From Selaginella moellendorffii (taxonomy: Eukaryota > Plantae > Lycopodiophyta), in the NCBI RefSeq assembly GCF_000143415.4, contig NW_003314314.1:1059771-1123770 (forward strand): a stretch of DNA of 64,000 nucleotides, in the 5' to 3' direction. Positions 25,094 through 36,232 of the stretch are shown one piece after another. Position numbers and translations under genes: made by a program. Every line of letters starts with the position of its first letter. The first letter of the stretch is position 1. The notes beneath the pieces are model-generated. The model saw only the letters and a program-made list of their open reading frames with translations. It searched no databases and was not told where the DNA came from.

Positions 25094-26830
25094 TTACATT
25101 GGACGCCTGGGGACCGGGCATGCTCTCAAAGGCTTGGCCATCTCAGCGGAGAGCTTGAGGACTTCCTGTAGCTCCACGGGATGGTCGGTGCAAGCCAGCC
25201 ACTCGAACTTCTGCAGCAGCCGGGCAACCCACAGGTGCACAGTGGCGAGGCCAAGTGCTCGTCCGGGACAAACACGCCGCCCAGAACCGAATGGCGCTAG
25301 GCGGAGATCGCTCCCTTTGACATCCATGTCGGCTCCGCCGGCTCCGGCCATGAACCTCTCGGGCAAGAAGCGGTGGGGCTGAGTCCAGATGGTGGAGTCA
25401 TGCGTTATGGCCCACATGTTCACCATGGCGTTGGTACCTTTGGGAACATGATGGCCGCCGGCGATGGTGGTGTCTTGCGTACAGAGGCGAGACCACGACA
25501 ACAAGGGGCCTGGGGGGTGAAGCCTCAGCGTCTCCTTGACCACTGCTTGCAAGTAAGTCAACCTGTGAACATGGTCGTCCCTTACGTCCTCGGCGCCAAG
25601 AGTAGCATCCAATTCAAGGTGGAGCTTGCGCTGGATGTCTGGATGCACAACGAGCTCGGCTAGCACCCATTCGGTCAGGATGGCAGTGGTGTCCGTCCCC
25701 CTGAAGATCATCTCCTGCATCAACAGCGTGCAAAAAAGGAAGTCAACGGCATGGCCACCTTGATGACAAACAGAACTGTTTGCATTGTAGGCTTAGATCG
25801 CTCGCTCACTTACCCACAACACCGCAACAATGTCGTCGTCCTGGAGCTCGTCTTCCCCTTGAAGAGCGAGTAGAACATCCACAAAGTCGTCGCTCCGCAT
25901 TCCCGCGTTGCCCGTGGCTGCTGCCAGCCTGTGCTGCCTGATGATGCCGCCGACAAACGCCGACACTCGAGCAGCGAGAACTCGGGAGCGCCGCTGAATG
26001 GCCTGCGCGTCCAGGTGCTTGAGCAACGGGATGTGATCCGCCCAATTCACGGCCCCGAGAAGGTCAAAGCCTTCGCGAACCATGCTGACCAGCTCCTCCT
26101 CTTGTTCTTTGTTGGACGACCGCCACCCAAACACGCTCCTCATCATCGTCCTCACGGACGTTTGCTGCAGGATGCAGCGGAGAGGCAGCGGATCCTGCTG
26201 CCCCTGCCGGCGGATCGCCCCCAGCATCGCCTCGCTCTCCTGGAGCCGTATGTGCTCCTGCGCCGCCATTCGCCTGGGCGAGAAGAGGCTGTGCGCGGCA
26301 ATCCTTCGCAGCCGCCTCCAGTGTTCGCCCTGCGGCGCGAATCCGATGGCCCGCCCAAACATGAGCTCCTGAGCCGACTGCTTGATAGGCCGATCGCCAA
26401 AGCAGGGACTGCTCAGTATCTCTCGCGCCGCCTCGGGCTTGCTGGCCACCACCAGCCTGGTGCTCCCCAGCTGCAAGGCCATGAGCCCCGCGCTGGGATT
26501 CAAGGCTGCAGCCAGCTCCGCCAGCCATCTGTGTGGCTGCCCCGCGGCACGGCCGAATTCCACCAGGTTGCCCACCACGGGCATTCCTGCCGGCCCCGGA
26601 ATGGTGCTGCTCCATGATCTCTTGCAGCCAGGGAGCCTGTTGCACCACACCTTGGCTGACAAGGCCAGCAAGCAGAGCAGGAGGATCGTCAGTAATAGCA
26701 TCCGTGACGATCTTACCATGCCGGCAGCGAGCTGGAGCATGACATGAAACAAATCTTGATTGCGCTCTCGGCTCGCCAGCACTTGCAACAGCGGCAGCAC
26801 TTGGAGCCAGATCCCATGACCGCACTCCAT
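25094..26830 (-). CDS. CYP78A: Cytochrome P450 CYP78A (KLUH-like); 2 exons, intron ~25716-25812
   Basis: [46 protein letters not shown]|[23 protein letters not shown], heme motif [11 protein letters not shown]. Confidence 0.95.
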
Positions 26831-26932
26831 TGATCTAGATCACCAGTCACTAATTCTTTTCTGCTCTCGGCCGAGACTAGCTACAAGCATATACTCGCTC
26901 GATCACAAAGACCCGGCTCAAGCCTTGGCTGG

Positions 26933-26940
26933 TATTTATA
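26933..26940 (-). promoter_or_regulatory. TATA box (TATAAATA) upstream of CYP78A; a second copy is at ~36371-36378
   Basis: Consensus motif ~100 bp upstream of the CYP78A ATG, retained in the duplicated segment. Confidence 0.55.
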
Positions 26941-27777
26941 ATCGCAGGATAACGGCGTCTGGATTGATCACTATAACATGGCAGTCAAGTGATCATGTAG
27001 CTTTGCTTGCACAAAGGATAGATTATATGGCACAGCGCAGGGAAAAGTATGCGTTCATCCTGGGAAAAGTGGTGTTTTGGAAACTCCCACTTAAAATCTA
27101 TCTCCGAGGCTCCTGGGCTTCCACGTTAAACCCTGTGGCAATGGATCACGTTTCAAGAGTTCCGTCAACCTCCCTTTTGTTGGTCACGGTCAAGTTTTTC
27201 AATGCGTTGGCCAACTTGACAACACTCCTGCCAAGATCGCCAAAGGATCCGCCTTGTTTGTTTAGGCGCTGCCGCTCTTGTCCGTCATGGCTTGCAACCC
27301 CCAGTTGGCGTGTCCATTCAAGCCATGGATCCAGGCTGAGTGACGCCCGTCTCCAAACCAAATTTTCTATCCTGGCCGGGAATTGAAAACTCTCTGACAT
27401 GCTGCTTTCCAAGATTGGGCAATCATTGACAGGAATATATTGGAGCACTCCAATCCAATCGGGTTGCTGGAGGGAGATGACTTCTCTCCAATCACAACCT
27501 TGGCATGTGTTGTTGGGTGTGGTGCCCCACAGAAAAACAACCAAACTCCAGAGCTCAAGGCGGCGTGGAGCGGGAAATCCACCTCTTTCGACCATGCTGC
27601 ACAGTGCTATTATGCTACGCTTATTTGCACCTCAATCGCAATCACGCCACACTTGTTCGATCGCTCATGCTCGCTCCTCCCGAGGCTGGGTAACATGACA
27701 AGCAAGGAGGAAAGAAAAAAGAAATGAAACCGCAGACTTGGTCTATGGTTGACTGGTCACCACGGCTTTAGGGCTCT

Positions 27778-27954
27778 AAGGAGCATGTTCAAGGGGCGAA
27801 TGCCGTTCTCCAGCGTGGCCGATGCAAGCGAGGTGACCCAATCAAGGTGGTGGAATTCTGAAATTTCCATGACTGCAGGTGCTGGGCGAGCAATCAGGGA
27901 GCCTGGCAGTCGGGCTGCTCAACAGGCCCAAGAAGCTCAACTCGCTGAATGAGA
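27778..27954 (+). pseudogene. Truncated HIBCH 5' fragment (first ATG deleted, broken in exon 2)
   Basis: [18 protein letters not shown]|[25 protein letters not shown], then unrelated sequence and an immediate stop. Confidence 0.85.
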
Positions 27955-28209
27955 CCTAAAGCATACCGGATCCGTGTATGGACGCCCCTTCCCACTGCCA
28001 GGCCTCGGCCTCGATCCTCAAACTGAAACCCTCTGTGAAAGCTCTCCTCCACAAGTGTACTGAAACTCTACCAGATACTCCGGCACTACAAGTGTAGAAT
28101 CGAACACAAACCATGATCGTTACGCTGGATCCGAGGGGTGGGGTCCATAAAAGTCGAACTGGAAGTCCTTGGAGTGTCCGGTCCCCGGGATGGCTTCTTG
28201 TAGTCAAAG

Positions 28210-29150
28210 CATACCTTGGTTGCTCAGTTCAGGAGCTTACCGGTATGAATATTTTCGGTCTGGTTGCCGTTTTTGAGCTCATACTCTTATTGTTCCTGCG
28301 GCCAAAAAATGACCTGGCCATTATATTTTCACATGGGTGCCTCATGCTGATTATAATACCTGCAGCCTACGAACGTCCGCCAAACCAATAGCGTTTGAAA
28401 GTAAAACTGGACCATGACAACCATGATTCGACTGGCCTGGCAAGTAAGGAAATCCTTCTGCAACAATGCACTGAAACTCATTGGCGAACTGTAGCGTCTC
28501 TCCATAAAGAAGATATTCGACATGCTTTTTCCTGGACTTGACAACCTGATCGAAGAAAGTTAGAAAGCTCAGAAGCCTGCTTTGATTCAGTACCTTCCCC
28601 TCAAAGCTCTTTTCCCAGCGGTCCTGAAGGAAACGATTATGTACGCGAATAACCTTCAGAACACGAACACCAATGATACCAAACGGAGAATAGTCAAGCA
28701 GGGAAAATCTCGAGGTGACTAAACTGTCACAGTTTTTGAACCAGACATCCTTTGGATTCCGATTTCATACGAATGTTGCCACCTAAGGAAACAGAGCGGT
28801 GTTACTTGCCAAAATTATGTGCCACTCCCACATGAACCAGACACAGAAGCACAAAGCTGTGTCGAGTTCCACTTCAGCCAATGTATTACCCGATCAACAA
28901 CAGCCTTTTCCTTCGCCTTCACGATATGCATATCCTCCCTTAGGGTGTCCAGCCTGCCCATCATATCTGGTTTTTGAGAGTCGTAACCATGGACTTCATC
29001 TGTAGCCACCAATCCTACCTTTTGGACTGCTCAATACCCAGAAACGACGAGAAAGTTCAAGCCTGCAGAGATTAACTAGGATAAAGCTGAAAAGAATGCC
29101 AGCTTTATCCCCTTCTTGCATTCTATTATAATGCCAGATTACCAGCAGTG
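28210..29150 (-). pseudogene. Intron-containing fragment of an LRRC9-like (cilia-associated) gene with frameshift
   Basis: Exon 28782-28594 reads GNIRM(fs)NPKDVWFKNCDSLVTSRFSLLDYSPFGIIGVRVLKVIRVHNRFLQDRWE; exon 28545-28360 reads KHVEYLLYG...IVAEGF...VLLSNAIGLAD. Resembles the non-LRR middle domain of LRRC9 as I recall it. Confidence 0.6.
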
Positions 29151-29300
29151 CAAATCTAAGCACAAAGAACAATGTTCGACAAAGAAGAAGACGTCATTCC
29201 TGTGAAGGGTAAAAGTCCACGAGATGCCAATTCACCCACTGTCACAGCTGCTTATATGCCCTAGCCTAAGAGAAGTCTTACCTTGTCCTCGCTGCTCCTC

Positions 29301-30540
29301 TCCAGCCACACAATAAGCAGGGAGACATTCACACCGACTTCTACCTGAGATTCCTCGAGTCAGACACGAAATAGTTTCACAGCAAAATATAAATCCTCAC
29401 CGTTTCCAGCTGCTCCAAAAAACCTCTTGGACGATTCTTATTGTCTTCCTCGCTATCAGTTAGATTAAACTGAATAGCCCCGGAAGTGAACATCCAGTTG
29501 AGGAGACCCTGGAGTTCCTTGAATGCTGCAGGATCTACATCATTTGCTGTGCCTGGCCATTTTAGACGTATAAATTCCCGAAAGAGAGTCAGTAGAAGAC
29601 AAAGCTGCAAAATACACGTACATAAGCCTGCAGTCGAAAACAGCGAGCGCAACACGTACCTTTGCAGATGTCTCCATTTGCGGGATGAGCCTTCCGAAAG
29701 CATCTATGACGCCACTGAAGGAGAGACCTTTAGAAGCTGCACAAGCAAACATGTCATATATCATTCTCTTAAATACCAACCTTGATGAACAATGTCCGAG
29801 CTAAAGACGACAATGCCACTGGAATGATGCGATCTTCTAGACCGAACACGACCACAAGCCTCTGTTTATCACAGTTTTTCCTTAAGAAAAAAGAGGGAAA
29901 GGGCCAAAAAAGAAAAAACTTACGCCGAAGAGGGCGTAGTCGAAGCTTGTACTTCACATCTCTTTAGCGCTTCGCAAATGAGACGACGACTCCTGTCCAG
30001 GTATTCAACGCACCGGGAAGTGTGCGGCATAAAGAACATGTTGATTGGGCCATTCGCGAGTTCTATAACATCCCTAAGTTTGATTGACTTGTCCAGCTTC
30101 TCAACATCCACAGACACTGAAAATTGTATGTATCTGGTTTGCACAAACAGAAACGCATACCTTGGAAGGCCAAACCACTGTGAACAAGCTGACTGCACTC
30201 CGCAGGCAGACCTCGTAACATGCTTGACCTGCAGGTGACTGAAGCAGAAGTGCTGAGTGCTAATGATTGGATAGAAAGTCCCTTACCAGTTTCCGCCAGC
30301 TGCATCCCAGAATTTAGATTTCGAAGATTAGCTAGCCTTTCCGAGGCACCGGGAAGACAGACAGCAGGGCCTACATTACACATGTAAGCGAAAAACAGTT
30401 AGTGTGTTCACAAACCCACCATCAGAGACAACGCATAAGCTCTCCATAGTTGCTCTGCACAAGCCAGTAAGTGTTAAGGTCATACCACTAGTAAATCCGA
30501 ACCTGATTCGACAAGCAACATGCAAGCTTCTCGCAAAACC
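29301..30540 (-). repeat. Left arm of large inverted repeat (inverted partial copy of the gene at 30755)
   Basis: Reverse complement of 31240-32478; near-identical ORF pairs on opposite strands (e.g. 29377-29703 vs 32076-32402). Confidence 0.93.
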
Positions 30541-30697
30541 TCACGCCCAAGCACCTGCACCATTTTTCAAAATAAGTATATTCACAAAGATTTCTCTGTT
30601 TTCCTTCTTACATTCTTAGAGTCCGAGCTGCTGAGTACCCGTGATCATCATGACGGACGACTGCGCGCTTCGTCGACCTCGCACGCTCGCTCAGCCT

Positions 30698-30743
30698 AAA
30701 CCCTAGTTTTAAAACATCCAAGGACAATTTCGGAATAGGGTTT
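30698..30743. promoter_or_regulatory. Two oppositely oriented telo-boxes in a probable bidirectional promoter
   Basis: aaacccta at 30698-30705 and tagggttt at 30736-30743, just upstream of an ATG at 30755. Confidence 0.5.
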
Positions 30744-30754
30744 CGGCAAGAGTG

Positions 30755-32689
30755 ATGATGTACAGCGCGACACCGACCCAGGAGAGGAACTGGCAGGAGC
30801 TGGTTGCTAAGGCCGTGAACTGGGAGGATTTGAGCGCCGCTCTGACATCCTGGAATGACGGCTTTAAGGTACTTTTTTTTTATTTATCAATTTGACAAAG
30901 CTTTTGCCCACAGTGGGATCCTTCGCTCCGTGCATTCAGATTATTGAAGGTCTGTCCTGATGAGTATTTTTTTTTTCCCTTTTTTGGATTAATATTTTTC
31001 TCGTCAACCCAGCTTCTCGCGGATGACTTTACGTTTCATGTGTTTGACCGGTCTTTTATCACTTTTGATGAGCTGCTCCGACACAGTAAGTCAATTGGAT
31101 GAATGTCAGCTTTTTATTTGTGTTCTTGATGCAGGCACTACAAATGCTGAAATTGCCACAACCGTCCTTCGTTTTCTCCTGCATGCATGTTCGGCTGTTT
31201 ACTATGACTTAACATCTGAGACTTTTGATGTGCTAAATGGGTTCTGCGAGAAGCTTGCATATCGCTTCTCGAATCAGGTTCGGATTTACTAGTGGTATGA
31301 CCTTAACACTTACTGACTTGTGCACAGCAACTATGGAGAGCTTACGCGTTGTCTCTGATGGTGGGTTTGTGAACACACTAACTGTTTTTCGCTTACATGT
31401 GTGATGTAGGCCCTTGCTGCCCGTCTTCCTGGTGCCTCGGAAAGGCTAGCTAATCTTCGAAATCTAAATTCTGGGATGCAGCTGGCGGAAACTGGTAAGG
31501 GACTTTCTATCCAATCATTAGCACTCAGCACTTCTGCTTCAGTCACCTGCAGGTCAAGTATGTTTCGAGGTCTACCTGCGGAGTGCAGTCAGCTTGTTCA
31601 CAGTGGTTTGGCCTTCCAAGGTATGCGTTTCTGTTTATGCAAACCAGATACATACAATTTTCAGTGTCTGTGGATGTTGAGAAGCTGGACAAGTCAATCA
31701 AACTTAGGGATGTTATAGAACTCGCGAATGGCCCAATCAACATGTTCTTTATGCCGCACACTTCCCGGTGCGTTGAATACCTGGACAGGAGTCTTCGTCT
31801 CATTTGCGAAGCGCTAAAGAGATGTGAAGGTACAAGGTTCGACTACGCCCTCTTCGGCGTAAGTTTTTTCTTTTTTGGCCCTTTCCCTCTTCTTAAGGAA
31901 AAACTGTGATAAACAGAGGCTTGTGGTCGTGTTCGGTCTAGAAGATCGCATCATTCCAGTGGCATTGTCGTCTTTAGCTCGGACATTGTTCATCGAGGTT
32001 GGTATTTAAGAGAATGATATATGACATGTTTGCTTGTGCAGCTTCTAAAGAGTCTCTCCTTCAGTGGCGTCATAGATGTCTTCGGAAGGCTCATCCCGCA
32101 AATGGAGACATCTGCAAAGGTACGTGTTGTGCTCGCTGTTTTCGACTGCAGGCTTATGTACGTGTATTTTGCAGTTTTGTCTTCTGCTGACTCTCTTTCG
32201 GGAATTTATACGTCTAAAATGGCCAGGCACAGCAAATGATGTAGATCCTGCAGCATTCAAGGAACTCCAGGGTCTCCTCAACTGGATGTTCACTTCCGGG
32301 GCTCTTCAGTTTAATCCAACTGATAGTGAGGAAGACGATAAGAATCGTACAAGAGGTTTTTTGGAGCAGCTGGAAACGGTGAGGATTTATATTTTGCTGT
32401 GAAACTATTTCGTGTCTGACTCGAGGAATCTCAGGTAGAAGTCGGTGTGAATGTCTACCTGCTTATTGTGTGGCTGGAAGTGAAGGCTGGGACTGATTAT
32501 TGCGGCTTGCTTGCCACTACTGAAAAAGTACGCAACTCATGGTTGAAACCTTTGCTGGAGCAGGAAGTCGAGATCACAGAACCGCTCTTTAACAATTACC
32601 TTACGGTGGCACGATCGGTAATAGAGTATGCTTTGCTCGTAAACAGCGACCCTCAGATCGTCATAGAGGAAGGCCTCCTACCCTGCTAA
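30755..32689 (+). CDS. Multi-exon gene or pseudogene of unknown family
   Basis: MMYSATPTQERNWQELVAKAVNWEDL... followed by a series of open exons separated by AT-rich GT-AG introns; no recognisable domain; integrity and 3' end uncertain. Confidence 0.45.
31240..32478 (+). repeat. Right arm of large inverted repeat
   Basis: Reverse complement of 29301-30540. Confidence 0.93.
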
Positions 32690-33059
32690 TGATTCTGTGC
32701 ACTCACGGAAGAAACAGAGGTGGGAGTCACTTTATAATTTATTAATTTATTTATCACCGGAAATATTTGCTGTTTATATATCAGGCTCATTTGTTGTTTC
32801 GGACTCTCTGTGATGCTTGCAGAAATTATTCAGCTTGTTATGGCATACAAAAAAAAAGCTTTTAGCTCCAACCTCAGTAGATCTGCGTTACTAGTAGTAG
32901 TAGCTTCTCTACAGGGTCTCGTAGCGCGCTGAAGTAAGTTTCTGCACGAGGCCACGACATTAAAACTGTGGAACTTTGGAACTTTCTAAGAGGACTTAGA
33001 AAGCAGTACCTCTTTAAGTAGACCTCCTCCTCCTCCTCACCCTGTCGGACACAGCCCGC

Positions 33060-33900
33060 TTACAAGTTATTGTAGAAACATAGAACAGACACTCCATTAA
33101 TGTTGGAGATGCTGAAGTTCTCGCAGGTGCCCCCAAAACGTGGTCATGATATGGGATCCCATCCGAGACGTGATATACGTCTCCATTCCCAGAAACCAAG
33201 TGATGTCAATATGCCAATATCAAGATCATTGTCTACCATGTAGCCACAGATTTGGGAGAATACGTTCTTGTTCCCAATAGCATCCTTTTGAGTTGACCCG
33301 GCGAGACTGATTTTCGAAAATGCGTACTCGTAAGCACCTGTTATAGCTGGGTTACGATTTTAAAGACAGCCAAAAAGAACACCTGAGGCCGAGTTGAAAA
33401 ACATGACGTATGAAGATGTATCTAGCCACTCACTGCTCAATCGCAGGGACCAGAAAAATATTTTATGATCGCTCCAATTTTCCTTCAGTGTATCCTCGAT
33501 CATCATATAATTGATTGGATCAAGCAAGCCCATAAAAAGCCTAGAATCAGGACAAAAACAAGTGAAACAATTACATTTGACACAAGAAAGCAATTACCTC
33601 TGAGAATCCGCTTCACATGAAGCGACAATGGCCTGGTTACGAGAATGAGGCTCATGCATGAACCGAGGCTCGACTTATCCCCATCGGTCCATTGTGCGGG
33701 ACACCTCCTTCTCAAAGCCACGCCACTTCTTAATATTTTTCTTGTGGCAGTGTATGATATGCATGAAGATTGCTCGATCCCAACATTTCTGTTGCTAGAA
33801 ATGGTGCATATGGATGCGATTTGAGGAGTTGCATTCGAGGAATTTTGCAACCGTTGAGATGTTGTTATATGCCCACTGCAGCACCTGCAACATTTTTCAA
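33060..33900 (-). pseudogene. Degraded multi-exon gene fragment of unknown family
   Basis: Spliceable frame LQWAYNNISTVAKF..*..KWRGFEKEVSRTMDRWG*..|LFMGLLDPINYMMIEDTLKENWSDHKIFFW with in-frame stops. Confidence 0.35.
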
Positions 33901-34325
33901 AATAAGTATTCACAGAGATTTCTCTGTTTTCCTTCTTACATTCTTGTTGCTGCTGCTGAGTACCCGTGCATGACGGATGACTGCACGCTTCGTCGATCTC
34001 GCACACTGTCGCGTCCTAAACCTCGCTCAGCCTAAACCCTAGTTTTAAAACACGGTGTAACGTGTTTAATAAGGACCGACTTTCCATTCAAGCAAAAAAA
34101 CCAGATAAATCAAAAGAGATTAAAACATTCTACACGCTCACATCCAGCACTCTTCCCATACCAAGAACCCTTACTCACCCACTTACCACGTCAGCACTCG
34201 ATTTAGGGCTCGACCAAACTGGACAGCCCATTACAACGCAAAACAGTTTCAGAATAGGGCAAAGCAAGAGCGATGGAGAGGAACTGACAGGAGCTGGTTG
34301 CTAAGGCCGTGAACTGGGAGGATTT
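33881..34325 (+). repeat. Direct copy of 30551-30831 (telo-box promoter cassette) interrupted by a ~180 bp insertion
   Basis: Shared gcacctgca...aaaccctagttttaaaaca and ggagaggaactg...gtgaactgggaggattt blocks. Confidence 0.85.
34056..34235. mobile_element. Small TGTAA...TTACA-bounded insertion (solo LTR / TRIM-like)
   Basis: Absent from the paralogous site near 30715; inverted 5 bp termini; only an imperfect flanking duplication (acgg/acgc). Confidence 0.45.
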
Positions 34326-34639
34326 ACATTATTCTTCACGGCCAAATCTGAATGTGGATATATGGCCACGGTATCGGAGTCGCTCCACAACTCATCGGAT
34401 CGAGGCTTTCCAGTAGCTTTCTTGCGAGGTTCCTGTAGATGATAGCTTACGAGTCCAACATGTCTTTGCACGTCGAGCTGAGCCCCGTATTTGAGGCATC
34501 ACACAGAAGAACCAACAGAGTATTTTGTAGAAGTATTGAGTCTGTGTGTGTTTTCTTATCTTTCGTAGATGCAGACACCTACATATGGGAGACAACCAAG
34601 AGTTGGCTCCATACACAACAAAAACAGTCTAATTTGATC

Positions 34640-36200
34640 ATGGCTACCAAGGAGAAAGCCTCCACGAGTCAGGTTCGACGATGGAGATAATCAACGATCT
34701 CGGGCTGGATGGTCTGACCTTCCTCATCGCCACAGTCCTGCTGTCAAAGCTTTCTGTCTTGTAAATGTTGAAAGTTAACTGATGAGATTTTGCAAGCTTC
34801 TGTTCATGTGTTTCAGATTCTGGGATTTCTCTTGTCTGGCGTACTTGAATCAACTAGGATTGATATGTGTAACAGATTTTAAAGTTTTATCTGAACTAGG
34901 TATACTTTTCCTTCCCTTGCACGCTTGAAAGCTTTGGCCAAATATGCGTTTAGAATGGGATTCGCACGGGTATGTGAATTTAAGAACAATGCCAATTGTC
35001 ACTCATTGTTTATGTCAGGTACTTCTTTCAACTGTTGCCTTCACAGCGTTTGAGCTTCCACCTAATGGAGCTTAGGAAAATCTTGGAATTTTTCTTTCAT
35101 TCACGACCTGACCTTGTAAGTATATTTGAATAATGCTTTGCTACTTGACAATCTATTCTTTCGCTTGCAGGTTAATATTCGGACTGTAAATGAAGGTGTA
35201 GTTATTGGAGCAGGATTATCATTGTCCTCTTCTGTATTCGTTTTGCAGGTAATCATCTCACTAGTTTTCAACTTGATGTAATTCGTTGAGTCTTCAGCTG
35301 AGAAGGGGGAACTTCCAACTCGATTTGGTTCTGCAACGCTAGGAATTCTTCTTTTCCAGGTCTATTGTTCTAGTTGATTATATTGAACTTCTGAATTTGT
35401 GTTTTTCAGGATATTGCCATGGTTGTTTTACCTATATGATGAAATGTATATACATTTCCTTTGCATTTTGCTGCAGGCATTTAGACAGTTGGGCTTCCCT
35501 ATGATATGGATCTAGGCCTCTGGTACTTCAAGCGGCTGGCGTGCAAAAACCCAAGGCAGTGACGGTGATGTACACTATCAGGAAAAGAGAGTTGAGCTGT
35601 TGAGACTGGCATTTCCGCAGGTTTTCGTTTATATTATCTTAGAACAGGATTCTATCATAACTGTGTATATTGCTGCACAGATTCCTATATATGCAAGAGC
35701 TCAGGGCTTGGGACACTTGCCTCAGCTGAAAGCGGCTGGTGCAACGGATGCTATTCTGGAAACTGCCGAGGTATCATTCCATTTAGCTGGTTGGTTTCAG
35801 AATCGTGATGGGTTATGAATTTGCAGACAAGCGTGGAGCTTGGTTCTGTTCTCCTGCGTGGTCTTGGCGTCATGGCCGATGATGTCAACTTCCTAACCCG
35901 CGTAATGCGTGAGTCGCTCGAAGTCCAGGCACAGGTGGCAATAGAGAGCAAAAACGCAGGAGAGTTTGATAAAGCCTTTTCAGGTATGATTTATCAGATT
36001 TAAGAGCTCGATCCTCATAAATAGGGTGGAGAAGGTGAGAATTTCAAAGGATTCAAAAGATCAAAAGCATCTGGATGGTTTATCCTCATCAGATGATGGT
36101 AACGGCAGTGGTAGCCTTCAAGATGATCAGCAGGGAAAACCTGAGAAACGAGATGAAACTGTATCATACTCAGTTTTACCAAGTGGCAAAGAGACTCCAT
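34640..36200 (+). pseudogene. KEA3: KEA3-like thylakoid K+/H+ antiporter pseudogene with internal deletions; introns retained
   Basis: IINDLGLDGLTFL, ARLKALAKYAF, AFTAFELPPNGA, ILEFLFHSRPDLVNIR, AEKGELPTRFGSATLGILL, then a jump to C-terminal LRLAFPQIPIYARAQ..LKAAGATDAILE; frameshifts present. Confidence 0.88.
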
Positions 36201-36232
36201 AGAAACATTTTGGAAATGACCTCTAAAGGAAT

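Larger units (their letters stand above)
26735..27954 (+). repeat. Direct segmental duplication, copy A (CYP78A 5' end + intergenic region + HIBCH 5' end)
   Basis: Aligns by eye with 36233-37315 from gagcatgacatg to gaatgaga, with scattered indels. Confidence 0.93.

Noticed and set aside
33014-33199. Short ORF containing MECLFYV, resembling an LRRC9 peptide
   Set aside because: A short match without supporting context; likely chance.
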